Positions 15,595 through 15,804 of a DNA stretch of 15,804 nt are shown piece by piece (position 1 is the first letter of the stretch; every line of letters starts with the position of its first letter). The stretch lies in the UHGV virus genome UHGV-0259225; one strand, 5' to 3'. Position numbers and translations under genes: made by a program. This DNA comes from a virus. The notes beneath the pieces are model-generated. The model did no database searches and had not been told where the DNA came from. It saw only the letters and a list, made by a program, of their open reading frames with translations.

Positions 15595-15804
15595 TTACCC
15601 GCAGAGCGTGGCCGTCAGTTTTGTCGCTGCCTGGGCGGTACGCCAGGCGGTGACCAGTTTTTCCAGTGAATGCTCACGCTGACCGTAACCGGCACCCGGC
15701 AGGGACGCCCAGATATTGCGACAGCGTGAAATGGCGCGCTCAATGCGTCCCGCCCGGATGTCATCCAGTGCACCGCGTTCGCGGATCAACTGAATGGCGA
15801 GTCT
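15595..15804 (-). CDS. K: Endolysin K (lysozyme), C-terminal 69 codons; N-terminus lies beyond the window edge
   Basis: Frame is open to the window edge; translation ...RLAIQLIRERGALDDIRAGRIERAISRCRNIWASLPGAGYGQREHSLEKLVTAWRTAQAATKLTATLCG matches recalled P2 gpK C-terminus. ORF-track start at 15789 is a TTG artefact. Confidence 0.85.
   Translation of the reverse strand, partial: RLAIQLIRERGALDDIRAGRIERAISRCRNIWASLPGAGYGQREHSLEKLVTAWRTAQAATKLTATLCG

Noticed and set aside
15043-15682. Plus-strand ORFs 15043..15273 and 15182..15682, and an unlisted 51-aa plus-strand ORF (15527..15682, MKKLSLSLMLNVSLALMLAL...)
   Set aside because: Antisense to lysB/lysA/K. The 51-aa ORF has a signal-peptide-like N-terminus but overlaps the K C-terminus and has no clear RBS; most likely a hydrophobic antisense artefact.
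1-15804. CRISPR arrays, tRNA/rRNA genes, transposase/IS elements
   Set aside because: No short regularly spaced direct repeats, no tRNA-like cloverleaf candidates and no transposase-like ORFs seen; the window is essentially all P2-type late genes plus one cargo gene.

Overview
This window is the right-hand ~15.7 kb of a P2-like (Peduovirus-type) prophage, most likely in E. coli or a close enterobacterial relative. Every gene I accept is on the minus strand, in the classic P2 late order: K (3' part), lysA-like, lysB/lysC, R, S, V, W, J, I, H, G, an AT-rich cargo gene, FI, FII, E/E+E', T, U, D, ogr, then terminators and the probable prophage/host junction at the left edge. Product sizes match P2 almost exactly (D 387, U 159, T 815, E 91, FII 172, FI 396, G 175, I 176, J 302, W 115, V 211, S 150, R 155, LysC 96, Ogr 72 aa); all identifications rest on recalled P2 sequences and sizes, not on a database search. 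The main candidate for an undescribed system is a single AT-rich, membrane-anchored 197-aa ORF (7169..7762) with its own RBS and an AT-rich upstream region, sitting between tail-fibre assembly gene G and sheath gene FI. That is the position of Z/fun (T5 exclusion) in P2, so I propose it as a candidate anti-phage or superinfection-exclusion gene. Other points of interest are the E/E' -1 frameshift site, an enlarged tail fibre H (911 aa) with three tandem ~93-aa repeats, a lysA-like ORF lacking an in-frame ATG, and att-like direct repeats beyond ogr.
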